DNA of 64,000 bases from the IMG/VR virus record IMGVR_UViG_3300009177_000028, positions 1 to 64,000 of that record. One strand, given 5' to 3'. Positions within the stretch are counted from its first letter, which is position 1. Every line of letters starts with the position of its first letter. Positions 55,406-64,000 of this stretch are shown here, one piece after another. The notes under the pieces are model-generated. The model made no database searches. It was not told where the DNA came from and saw only the letters and a program-made list of their open reading frames with translations. The position numbers and the translations under genes are program-made.

Positions 55406-58400
55406 ATGGTTACAATACGTTCTGTAAATGAAATTATCTTAAGCTTGATAGACTTCTTTAAGTTGGCGCAGCCCGACTTAGATACGAAGCCTGGTACGGT
55501 AGCCAGAGATTTATTCGTGGATGCTCCTGCAAGCCAATTAGCCCTGCTATATGATGAAATATCTGGCGTTGCTAACAAGCAGTCTTTGAGATTAGTGGTA
55601 GGCTCTGACTTGGATAAATTGGCTAAAAACTTTGGTGTTGTTAGAAGGCAAGCCTCTCCGTCTTCCGGATCTGCCATTTTAACTTTTTCCTCCATTAATG
55701 CTCCAGTTAGCATTAATCGTGGTTCCATTATAACCGCCAACAATGGATTTTCCTTCTCTGTAACTGCTGGTACCTCAGTTACCCCATCTGCTATCAATTT
55801 TTATCGCGCAGTTGCTGCCAAATATAGAGATCAATTAGACTTTGCTGGTATTAGTGATACCTTGGCCGTTCAGGTGACCGTTACTGCTACCTCTCCAGGT
55901 ACAACAGGAAACATCGGAACCTACTCACTTGCCAAGACCAGTATTGCTGGCGTTAGCAATGTAACCAACGTAAATCCTTTCACTGGCGGTACTGACCAGG
56001 AAACAGACGCAGTCTTCCGTAATCGTGTTTTAGCTTCGTTTAGCGGCTCTAGCGTGGGTACGGCCCTAGGTTATCTAAACGTGGCTCTAGGAACCACTGG
56101 AGTGGGTGACGCGGAAGTTATTGAGCCAGGTGACGCCCTAATGACCAGAGATGGTACTGTTGTTAGTATCGCATCTGATGGAACAAGAACTATTGTTTCC
56201 GAAGGTTCTGGCGGTAAGGTAGATGTTGTTGTTTTGGGTTCAAACTTAATCGAAAGTTCAGACAGCTTTATCTATCAGGATAAAAGCAATAATAACGATC
56301 CAACCAATGTTAAAAACGATGTGGTATTGGGCCAAATTGCGGCTGATGTTAATAAGACCATTAATAGAAAGAGAATTGATGATATTGCTTCTGGTACTTT
56401 ACCATCCCAGCCAGTAGATAGTATCGTTTCAGTTACCGGCTCTTTAAGTGGATCCAACTTTGCTCCTAAAACCACAGACACCTATGGTAGAGTATCTGGC
56501 AATTTTGAATTAGCAAAAGACACTGGGGTTTATGGTGGAAGCCCATTCGGTTTCGATACGTTCCACTGGGTATCAAACAAGGTTTCTTTGTTCTCTGAAG
56601 ATAAAATTAGAGGACAGTTTAACGGACAAGATGCTACTACTTTTAAAGACGTATTAGAGATTCCTCAGGCCCAGCAAACTCTTTCTATCACCAATGAAAA
56701 CAGTACGGTTACTTCTGACCGCTCCATCATTCAGTTGTTGCATACCCCAGCTACCAACGTAACCAGAGTATTCAATGTTAAGACTGGTGAGAGATACATT
56801 ATCACTAGTCAGAATTTAGATGGTACCGGAACGTTTAATACAACTGGTAGAATTCAAATTTCAGGAAACACTCTTCCTTCCACCAGTGACCAGTTGCAGG
56901 TAGACTACAACTGGATTGTTAATTTTGATCAATACGCCGATTATGATGGTCTAACTTATACTAGTAACCCACGTAGCGTTACGGACAGTATTGATTGGGG
57001 TCTAGCATCAGTTGTTAAAGAGGAAAAGATTACTTTTACTCAGGCTACTGGAAACAACTTCTTTACTGGAACGGCTAATCATCCAATTAGTACCGTTTTA
57101 ACTGCTAAGTCATTTTTGGAAGTAGATAGCACCGTTCAACAAGTTACCTCTGGAACTTTTATCAATAGACTGTCCGTTGTGGTTAGTCATTTAGCCGCAT
57201 CCACTACTAGTGTAGACTCTGTCACTTTAAAAAATTCAAGTGTAGAGTTGTATAATACTGCACAAGCAGACGGAACATATACAGTTGCAGCCGAGGTAGT
57301 TGGTATCAATATTTTATATGTTACCACCATTATCCTTCCAACAGATACAGTCGCAACCAGTGGTGAAAAAGTTACAGTTATCCTAGATAGTACTGACGTA
57401 TTCCACTCCGATGCAACAGCAGGTAGCAGCAGCGGAACTCAGATCACTATTCCAACCACCCTAATAGATACAACCGCTACTACCATAAATTTACTAGTAA
57501 CTTATATTGCTAACGTTACTGACTTGTTCTCTTCATCAATAACCACTTTACCAGCTAGCCGTGCCGGTAATGGATTTACAGTATCTAATAATGCTGGTTT
57601 TACTAATTTTAGTTCAACTAATATTTCTCGTAGAGAAAATCAAATTGTACAGCAGAATTTAAGTAGCCAATTTTATGTAGAGTTAACTGTCCCAAGTGCC
57701 GACTTTAGTTTGGTTGCATCACAAGTAGTCTCGGTCATTAGATTGTCTGATGGCTATGAGCTATGGTCCAGTAATCACCCAGGAACAATTGATGTTGGTA
57801 CCTCTGGAAATTATCAGTTGATTTTCTCGGGATTTAATAACCCAACCATTGGTGACAGAGTCTTGATAGTATATTACTCCACTGATGCTAGAAGATTTCA
57901 GCCATTTAGTTTTAGTAACGATTTAATTAAGACTAGAGTTGATACATTAACACTGGCTCCAATTGCTGGCAAACTAAGAGTCTTACTTAACAAGTTTATC
58001 AATAAATCTAGCCTTACATTTAATGTAATAGAGCCAAACACGGATATCGTTCTTTTCACGGGATCAGATGGATATCTTACAGATAATGGTAATGGAACGG
58101 CAACCTTTGGTAGTTTGACAGTAGATTTTTCTACACTACCAGATTTGACTAACAAAAAATTAAATGTTCAAGTTCCAGTTTCTGGATTCACTGATGTTAA
58201 TGACGATGGGTATTATGATATTACCGCCTATACGTTATCAACGAATACAATGACTATTACAGAAACTCTAGATAACATAACCGCAGATCAAATTTCTATC
58301 ATTAGAGTGTTAGATGGTCAAGAAATTTGGAATTCGAAGGGAACAATTGATGTTCTAAACAACAGACTATTGATTTCCTCTTCGACTGCCGCTAGTGCTG

Positions 58401-59515
58401 GTGATCTTGTTTATGTTATGTTTTTCAATCTTAAGAATTTGCGAAAAGCAGCTACACGTGTCGTAGGAACAACCGCTGACCAAGTAGTTAACTCAGGTAT
58501 TTTAACTGTCAGCGGAACTACTCTAACCAAAGCAGACAGTTATATTTTCACCTCCACTAATACTGGTCTGAAACTAAATTTGTCGGAGGCCCTTAGAAAA
58601 GCCTTAGGATTAGCTTCCACTGCCTCCATTCCATCTAATGTAAGAATTGCCAAGATAGTAAAGGTGGAAAAAGTTGAAACAGCTAGTCAGACAGATGATA
58701 CTGTTTTAAGTGTGTTAACCACTTATGACATTAAAAACACCACTATTCAAAATAACTTGTTTTACATGGATGAGATGTTAGCCGATCCAACCCTTCAGGC
58801 ACTGGACTTCATTCTACCAAATACTCAGAACAACTCGCTAAACACTTCTCCAGTCAACCTACCAACCCTAGGTGACAAAATTAGAGTTACTTTCTACTAC
58901 GCTACTGATGGAGATACCGAAAACCTATCATACACCAGAAACGGAACGTTATATACCAATAAGAAATTTGCTTTAATTGATAAGATGTTTATCGCTTCCG
59001 GTTTTAAAGCATCACAAGCTACCAGGTTTACAGCTTCTTCTTTCACACAACCAAGTCTAGGTTCTAGATACAAAGTATATTACGATTATCTTGCACCAAA
59101 ACAGAATGAAAGAATTGTAGTTACCTACAGCTACAATAAGATCATCTCAGACGTAACGTTTGCCATTGAAAATACTAGACCAATCAATGCTGACGTTTTA
59201 GTTAGGGCAGCTAAGGAAATATTACTAGACCTAACTATTAACGTAGTAATTGATTCAACAATGACAAGCTCCACTAGTACCATTCTACAAAACTTACGCG
59301 ACCAATTGGTTAGCACACTCTCTACTACTACCCTAGGGGAAATAATCGATCAACCAACTATTATCAACGTAGCGCAAGCAGTAAGCGGAATTGCCAGAGC
59401 CAGAATTCTTTACTTTAATAAAACTGGAGAAGATGGTCAGGTACTTAAGATACAGGCACAGAAGGATGAATTCTTTGCGCCTAATAACATAGTAATTAAT
59501 ACTGAAACCAGATAA
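55406..59515 (+). CDS. Baseplate J-like wedge protein with a large insertion
   Basis: KPGTVARDLF, GSDLDKLAKNFGVVR, GGTDQETDAVFRNR at the N-terminus; gpJ-like C-terminus; 1369 aa; 3 DGY. Confidence 0.85.
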   Translation: MVTIRSVNEIILSLIDFFKLAQPDLDTKPGTVARDLFVDAPASQLALLYDEISGVANKQSLRLVVGSDLDKLAKNFGVVRRQASPSSGSAILTFSSINAPVSINRGSIITANNGFSFSVTAGTSVTPSAINFYRAVAAKYRDQLDFAGISDTLAVQVTVTATSPGTTGNIGTYSLAKTSIAGVSNVTNVNPFTGGTDQETDAVFRNRVLASFSGSSVGTALGYLNVALGTTGVGDAEVIEPGDALMTRDGTVVSIASDGTRTIVSEGSGGKVDVVVLGSNLIESSDSFIYQDKSNNNDPTNVKNDVVLGQIAADVNKTINRKRIDDIASGTLPSQPVDSIVSVTGSLSGSNFAPKTTDTYGRVSGNFELAKDTGVYGGSPFGFDTFHWVSNKVSLFSEDKIRGQFNGQDATTFKDVLEIPQAQQTLSITNENSTVTSDRSIIQLLHTPATNVTRVFNVKTGERYIITSQNLDGTGTFNTTGRIQISGNTLPSTSDQLQVDYNWIVNFDQYADYDGLTYTSNPRSVTDSIDWGLASVVKEEKITFTQATGNNFFTGTANHPISTVLTAKSFLEVDSTVQQVTSGTFINRLSVVVSHLAASTTSVDSVTLKNSSVELYNTAQADGTYTVAAEVVGINILYVTTIILPTDTVATSGEKVTVILDSTDVFHSDATAGSSSGTQITIPTTLIDTTATTINLLVTYIANVTDLFSSSITTLPASRAGNGFTVSNNAGFTNFSSTNISRRENQIVQQNLSSQFYVELTVPSADFSLVASQVVSVIRLSDGYELWSSNHPGTIDVGTSGNYQLIFSGFNNPTIGDRVLIVYYSTDARRFQPFSFSNDLIKTRVDTLTLAPIAGKLRVLLNKFINKSSLTFNVIEPNTDIVLFTGSDGYLTDNGNGTATFGSLTVDFSTLPDLTNKKLNVQVPVSGFTDVNDDGYYDITAYTLSTNTMTITETLDNITADQISIIRVLDGQEIWNSKGTIDVLNNRLLISSSTAASAGDLVYVMFFNLKNLRKAATRVVGTTADQVVNSGILTVSGTTLTKADSYIFTSTNTGLKLNLSEALRKALGLASTASIPSNVRIAKIVKVEKVETASQTDDTVLSVLTTYDIKNTTIQNNLFYMDEMLADPTLQALDFILPNTQNNSLNTSPVNLPTLGDKIRVTFYYATDGDTENLSYTRNGTLYTNKKFALIDKMFIASGFKASQATRFTASSFTQPSLGSRYKVYYDYLAPKQNERIVVTYSYNKIISDVTFAIENTRPINADVLVRAAKEILLDLTINVVIDSTMTSSTSTILQNLRDQLVSTLSTTTLGEIIDQPTIINVAQAVSGIARARILYFNKTGEDGQVLKIQAQKDEFFAPNNIVINTETR

Positions 59516-59517
59516 TT

Positions 59518-62500
59518 ATGGATACACTTAGAATACTCAACGTACAGGTTAACGACAGTTCAAGCATCGATGTTACTTTCACCGAAGCTTTAACTCCTAA
59601 CCTTATTACGTCAAATGTTTCTATAATTTCCGAAATCTCTGGTATTCCAGACTCAGACGTACTTACGATTAGTATCTCTGACGCCACTTTGTCTATTACC
59701 TGCCAGCCACTTACGCCGCTAGCTTCCTACTTTTTAGAATTTAAGTCGGTTATGTTTCATCCCTTTGAGTCACTCAATGGGAACGCCATTATCGTAGAAG
59801 ATACAGTTTCTAATAGATATTTTATTACTGCTCCACTTGAGCCAGACAATCCAGTTAAAAACTATTTAGATTCATTTCTTTATGGGAACATCTATAATAA
59901 TACTGATGATAATACGGTAATTGCAAAATACATTAAGTCACTAGCGGTTACTGTATCTAAAGCTTTGTATGATATTAGGCAGCTTAACAATGAAAACTAT
60001 TTAAGTTTTAATGTTATTGATGAGCATAAGGTTCGTGGTGCTGGCCCCTTCGATAGACTAAATGAAGAGGGAGCGTATGAAGTTTTGAGAGTTGGTAGAA
60101 CTCCTGCTGATGCAACTGCTAACAATACTTTTCCATTTGAATTTTTTCCAACCTACCCAGTTACTTTACAAAAGCAGAGTAATGTAGAAGTCTTAACCCC
60201 CAATTCCTTGGATGAAGCTGGATTTTTTAACATCAATTCCTTGACGCTCAATCTAAGTAATTCGCCGGTTACTAGGGTCACTAGCATCGTCTTTACTTTA
60301 AACACTATTAATCCAGTGTTTACCTATGACATAGAGGCTCTTGGATACCAAATACTAGACTCTAGATACGATCAAGATTTTGGATTTACCTATCTACAAT
60401 TGGCTGATAATCAAATTAGAATAAGCGATCAAATTTTAGCTGATGCTAATTTTTCTTTAGAAGACATTATTAGAGTTGATGTTCAATATGAATCTAAAAA
60501 TTTAGGTGTTGTTGTTGATCCATCTACAGTTAATGTATATACTACACAAACTTCTACTAGAGAAGTGCTCCCACCTATTATCAATATTTTTAATTTGAAA
60601 CATGCTCCTATTACGGATGTATCGAATAACATCCCAACATTAGGCGGAGTTACTTTTATTGATCCTAATACGAATACGGGAACGGCTCACCCTGCTTTTA
60701 AATATGAAATTCCGTTCAGGTTCAATGCCCTACCATCTACTCCCGGACAGTATGCAGTTGATTATGCTACCGGAACAGTTTACGTATATGGTAATGATCT
60801 AAATAATGATGGAACGGGACCATACCCACCGTTGGCTACCTATAAATATAGGCTTACTTATCAGTCTGAGATTGATTATGTCTATGATCCTGATCTTCAG
60901 GATATCGTAGCTCTACCAAATGGAAGCTTGGTTGGATATGCTGGCAATGTCAATTTTCAATATGAAGAAGTGCTAATTCCAGGTACTGATTATAAGGCCG
61001 AGTTACATAACGAACAGTTGAATGAGCGCATTCAAAATAGGCTCGTTGCCCTTAACGTACTAAAAACTAAGTACACCCCCATCACCAATGTGTTCAGAAT
61101 CTTCAATGAAACCTCTGGGGAAATTTATACGCTCAATAGATGGAGTGATGATAAGATCTATTTTAGATACAATACTCCACCACGTTTAGTCGCGCAGTCT
61201 GCTGAAAGAGCTACCTTTAATACCGTTTCTAATGAAGTTCTGTTTGTTAATAATACTTTAACGAATGGGGACGGTTACAGCATCTTCAAGATTTTCCTAA
61301 ACAATAACACAATCGTTGATTCGACTGAAGACGGCCTAGCCTCTTCATTCAACACCAGCCTAGTGTTTTCTAATGGTAATCTTTTTATAGTTGAAAAATG
61401 GTTTAATAGAAACGAAACTATAAGCTCCAATATAAATAGACTAACAGAATATGGTCAATATATGATTGACTATGTTAATGGGGTTACTTATGTTGCAGTT
61501 TCTAATATTTCAAATTTTAATTTAGGAACTGTTAGCTATAAAAATAACGCTATCACTCCTTTATTCCCACATGTTATCACTACAGATGATATCTACTATC
61601 GTATTAGTCCATTAAATCCAAAGAACAAACAATTTGGTTACACTTCATTTGAAGATGGATTTATTTATCCTGAAACTTTAGATCCATCAGACGAGATGTT
61701 CTTGAACAGTAGTGTTGCGGCCCCTTATCAATTGTATAACGGTAACGTTGGAATTTTCATGGGAAGCACCTTTGTGCCAGGAGTTACCAATCAGGTTAAG
61801 TTCGTTAGAGCCATTTATGAGTTTAATGATCTAAACAACAGTGTAAGTCCTTACAATTTTGCTCAAGCAAGCCTTTCAACCGGCTTCAATATTACAGTTG
61901 GAACAGTCTCGAAACAAGTATTTGATACGGTTCAATTTGATGGTTCCAATTATTACGTTCTTATTAACGAAAATATTTCGTACCTATCACCAAACATTAC
62001 GTATAATTTTGCCGTCACAAGACTGTCTGACTCGGCAGCCCTTTGGAGCGGCAGCTTATCCAATGTGGTTACTGGCGATCAAGTTAAGCTACTATTGACT
62101 ACTGGATCTCCATCAGTCGGAGACCAGGTTGTTATTGACTATACACTTACAATTAATAACTTCTCACAAATTGTCATCGACTACAATAAGGGTGATTACT
62201 TTATTGATTATACTTACTTGGCCGATGAAATCATTGTTAGTTATGAGTACGGCGATAACGTATTAGATTTCAGACACAATAGAAATCTACCAGCCAATTC
62301 AGAATACTATGTTTCATATAAGGCCGGGGCTTTAAGAGACGCTTTGTTAAAGAATTTTGGTACCTTGGTAAACGTTCCAGAGCTAGCAACATTTGATGTT
62401 GACTTTAACCGTGAACGTTATCGCGATGCATTAACGGCCGCCCTTACATCATTCATTCAGGGGCCAACCGTTACGGCTATCAAAAATATCGGTAAAACCA

Positions 62501-64000
62501 TTTCTCATATTGAGCCAGAAGTAATTGAATCGGCCTTCTTGAATTGGTCTTTGGGAAGTAGCTTGCTTTACCCAGAATCAGTTACTACTACAGGCGCCTA
62601 TCAGCTACTACCGGGCAAGTTTGGTAACGGCGCACTTGTTAACTCTTCAGATCAAAGTATTAAGTTTCCAGTTAACTCTAACCTAAGACTAGAAGAAGGA
62701 ACTTTTGAAACATGGATTGTTCCACAATGGGATGGTTTAGATAACGATACTAGATTGACCTTCACAGTTCTTAAAGACGGATATGCTATTGCCCCAAACA
62801 ATATCTTTATTGGAGCCGCTGAGTATCACCCAGATAGTAATGTTTTCTCTATAGACAAAAGAGGTAACGTAGGTGGCACCCCAAATACCAATAAAGATGG
62901 TGTCTTTATTTATTACGATAAGGATATCTCTGGAAGCTTCTTCCGTTGGTATGTTGAAGTCATAGACGGATACGTTAGCCCAGGTAGTTCAACCTATCAA
63001 TTCACAATCTCATCAACTGGTAGCTTCTACGACAGTAAGAGTATGGTTCTACCAAAGCCATCTAACCTAAGCATCTTTACGGGCGCTAGTAGCCTTAGAT
63101 TCACTATTACTGGAGGTTCTGGCGGTATTGATGAGGGAGTTACCTTCGTTTCAGATACCGAACATTATCTATTGGATTTTGGAGAGACTCCATCTAAAAA
63201 TAGATTATCCATTTACAAAGATGTAAGTGGATACATGAACTTCCGTGTATTTGACCGTGAAAAGGCCGCCTCTGTTGTTAGCGCCGATGTCTCTGCCTGG
63301 CATGCTGGAGAGGCTCACCACGTAGCCGCTTCTTGGAAACTAAATACTATTAACGGACGAGATGAAATGCATCTCTTCATCGATGGATTTGAAGTTCCAA
63401 ATATTATTAAGTATGGGCAAAAGCTTCAACCATATCTTCATGAGAAATTTAGAACTGTCAACCCAGAAGAAATTGTAGGTTTGGTTGATCGTGACATTGT
63501 AGCTTCTGTCGATCTTCAGACAATTGCGGGCAACAATACAGTTACCTCTAGCCTTAATTTCAATACATATCAAATTTTCCCAGGAGATACAATCTTTATT
63601 GATGAGGTTGGTTTCTCTTTAACTGGCTATACAATTACTGGAGTTAGCGGGCAAACGTTAACTCTAAGCGCAAGTATGCCGGTTACTATGTCAAGCGGTC
63701 ACTTCTCAATTAATAGAACATCATTTACTGTTACTTCAGATATCGATGTCGCTCCAAATATTGCCGTTACTACCATCCATGCTTTGGTAGATGGATATTT
63801 GAATGGCACTGATATGTCAGGAAGTCTTGGCGGTAATACCGTTACCTCAGCCGGCTCCAATTTCGTAGCTGCTGGCGTTCTACCAGGTTACTTAGTTAGA
63901 ATTGATAATAACTCTTTGGACACTGCATATACCATTTTGTCGGTTGCAGCAAATACATTGACTATTAACACTACACTACCTATCAATTTCACGGGACAGA
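59518..64000 (+). CDS. Giant baseplate wedge or fibre-attachment protein, 3'-truncated by the window edge
   Basis: ATG 2 nt after the gpJ stop; no stop in the ORF track for this frame; contains a gpI-like segment (LLKNFGTLV...ERYRDAL...QGPTVTAIK, ~62341-62500) and a LamG-like region (~62610-63400); 4 DGY. Confidence 0.75.
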   Translation, partial: MDTLRILNVQVNDSSSIDVTFTEALTPNLITSNVSIISEISGIPDSDVLTISISDATLSITCQPLTPLASYFLEFKSVMFHPFESLNGNAIIVEDTVSNRYFITAPLEPDNPVKNYLDSFLYGNIYNNTDDNTVIAKYIKSLAVTVSKALYDIRQLNNENYLSFNVIDEHKVRGAGPFDRLNEEGAYEVLRVGRTPADATANNTFPFEFFPTYPVTLQKQSNVEVLTPNSLDEAGFFNINSLTLNLSNSPVTRVTSIVFTLNTINPVFTYDIEALGYQILDSRYDQDFGFTYLQLADNQIRISDQILADANFSLEDIIRVDVQYESKNLGVVVDPSTVNVYTTQTSTREVLPPIINIFNLKHAPITDVSNNIPTLGGVTFIDPNTNTGTAHPAFKYEIPFRFNALPSTPGQYAVDYATGTVYVYGNDLNNDGTGPYPPLATYKYRLTYQSEIDYVYDPDLQDIVALPNGSLVGYAGNVNFQYEEVLIPGTDYKAELHNEQLNERIQNRLVALNVLKTKYTPITNVFRIFNETSGEIYTLNRWSDDKIYFRYNTPPRLVAQSAERATFNTVSNEVLFVNNTLTNGDGYSIFKIFLNNNTIVDSTEDGLASSFNTSLVFSNGNLFIVEKWFNRNETISSNINRLTEYGQYMIDYVNGVTYVAVSNISNFNLGTVSYKNNAITPLFPHVITTDDIYYRISPLNPKNKQFGYTSFEDGFIYPETLDPSDEMFLNSSVAAPYQLYNGNVGIFMGSTFVPGVTNQVKFVRAIYEFNDLNNSVSPYNFAQASLSTGFNITVGTVSKQVFDTVQFDGSNYYVLINENISYLSPNITYNFAVTRLSDSAALWSGSLSNVVTGDQVKLLLTTGSPSVGDQVVIDYTLTINNFSQIVIDYNKGDYFIDYTYLADEIIVSYEYGDNVLDFRHNRNLPANSEYYVSYKAGALRDALLKNFGTLVNVPELATFDVDFNRERYRDALTAALTSFIQGPTVTAIKNIGKTISHIEPEVIESAFLNWSLGSSLLYPESVTTTGAYQLLPGKFGNGALVNSSDQSIKFPVNSNLRLEEGTFETWIVPQWDGLDNDTRLTFTVLKDGYAIAPNNIFIGAAEYHPDSNVFSIDKRGNVGGTPNTNKDGVFIYYDKDISGSFFRWYVEVIDGYVSPGSSTYQFTISSTGSFYDSKSMVLPKPSNLSIFTGASSLRFTITGGSGGIDEGVTFVSDTEHYLLDFGETPSKNRLSIYKDVSGYMNFRVFDREKAASVVSADVSAWHAGEAHHVAASWKLNTINGRDEMHLFIDGFEVPNIIKYGQKLQPYLHEKFRTVNPEEIVGLVDRDIVASVDLQTIAGNNTVTSSLNFNTYQIFPGDTIFIDEVGFSLTGYTITGVSGQTLTLSASMPVTMSSGHFSINRTSFTVTSDIDVAPNIAVTTIHALVDGYLNGTDMSGSLGGNTVTSAGSNFVAAGVLPGYLVRIDNNSLDTAYTILSVAANTLTINTTLPINFTGQ

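Noticed and set aside
35616-59515. Tailocin or extracellular contractile injection system
   Set aside because: A major capsid gene, neck genes and a chaperone frameshift are in the same region, indicating a complete phage
114-63573. Many 60-176 aa ORFs on the opposite strand or in alternate frames (e.g. 114..488, 7486..8004, 32492..32977, 50983..51513)
   Set aside because: They lie inside long genes with clear motifs, I saw no RBS or family signature for them, and they are expected shadows of biased codon usage
3437-63798. DGY as part of integrin or EF-hand-like DxDxDG calcium loops
   Set aside because: Most copies lack the upstream DxDx residues and the flanking residues are unconstrained, so a canonical calcium-loop explanation does not fit
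1-64000. Genome-wide TAG reassignment (alternative genetic code)
   Set aside because: No gene ends in TAG, but only one in-frame TAG was found in about 20,000 codons and the long ORFs are intact under code 11; recoded phages use TAG often as a sense codon
1-64000. tRNA, rRNA genes or CRISPR arrays
   Set aside because: Intergenic spacers are short (at most about 140 nt) and show no cloverleaf or repeat-spacer pattern

Overview
This window is a gene-dense, AT-rich segment of the virion morphogenesis region of a large contractile-tailed dsDNA phage (myovirus, probably jumbo-sized; host not determinable). From left to right it holds an HK97-type major capsid protein, a mosaic family of probable head-appendage proteins (3.1-12.6 kb), fibre and adhesin genes (14.5-34.6 kb) interleaved with neck genes, and then the tail. 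The tail genes are terminator, sheath, tube, assembly chaperone with a -1 frameshift, tape measure, tube initiator, hub, spike, gp25-like wedge, a very large gpJ-like wedge, and a >1490-codon ORF running off the right edge that the ORF track misses. Accessory genes are embedded in this region: a CCA-adding enzyme and a 2H phosphoesterase (both antisense, each with its own TTGACA promoter), a patatin, a GH-like TIM barrel, an HNH, a cold-shock protein and an HEXXH protease. The strongest unexplained signal is the tripeptide DGY. A manual count gives about 49 copies in 18 proteins, against roughly 4 expected by chance. It is encoded by varied synonymous codons, occurs only in predicted outer virion proteins, and is absent from the enzymes, capsid, tube, tape measure, hub and spike. 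This suggests a virion-wide modification or docking tag. Also notable are a single in-frame TAG in an otherwise intact 890-codon gene (no gene here ends in TAG), a candidate phage late-promoter motif, and a short motif shared by two neighbouring proteins that could be a packaging signal. No tRNA, rRNA, CRISPR array, integrase, portal or terminase was seen. All family calls come from motif recognition, not database searches.
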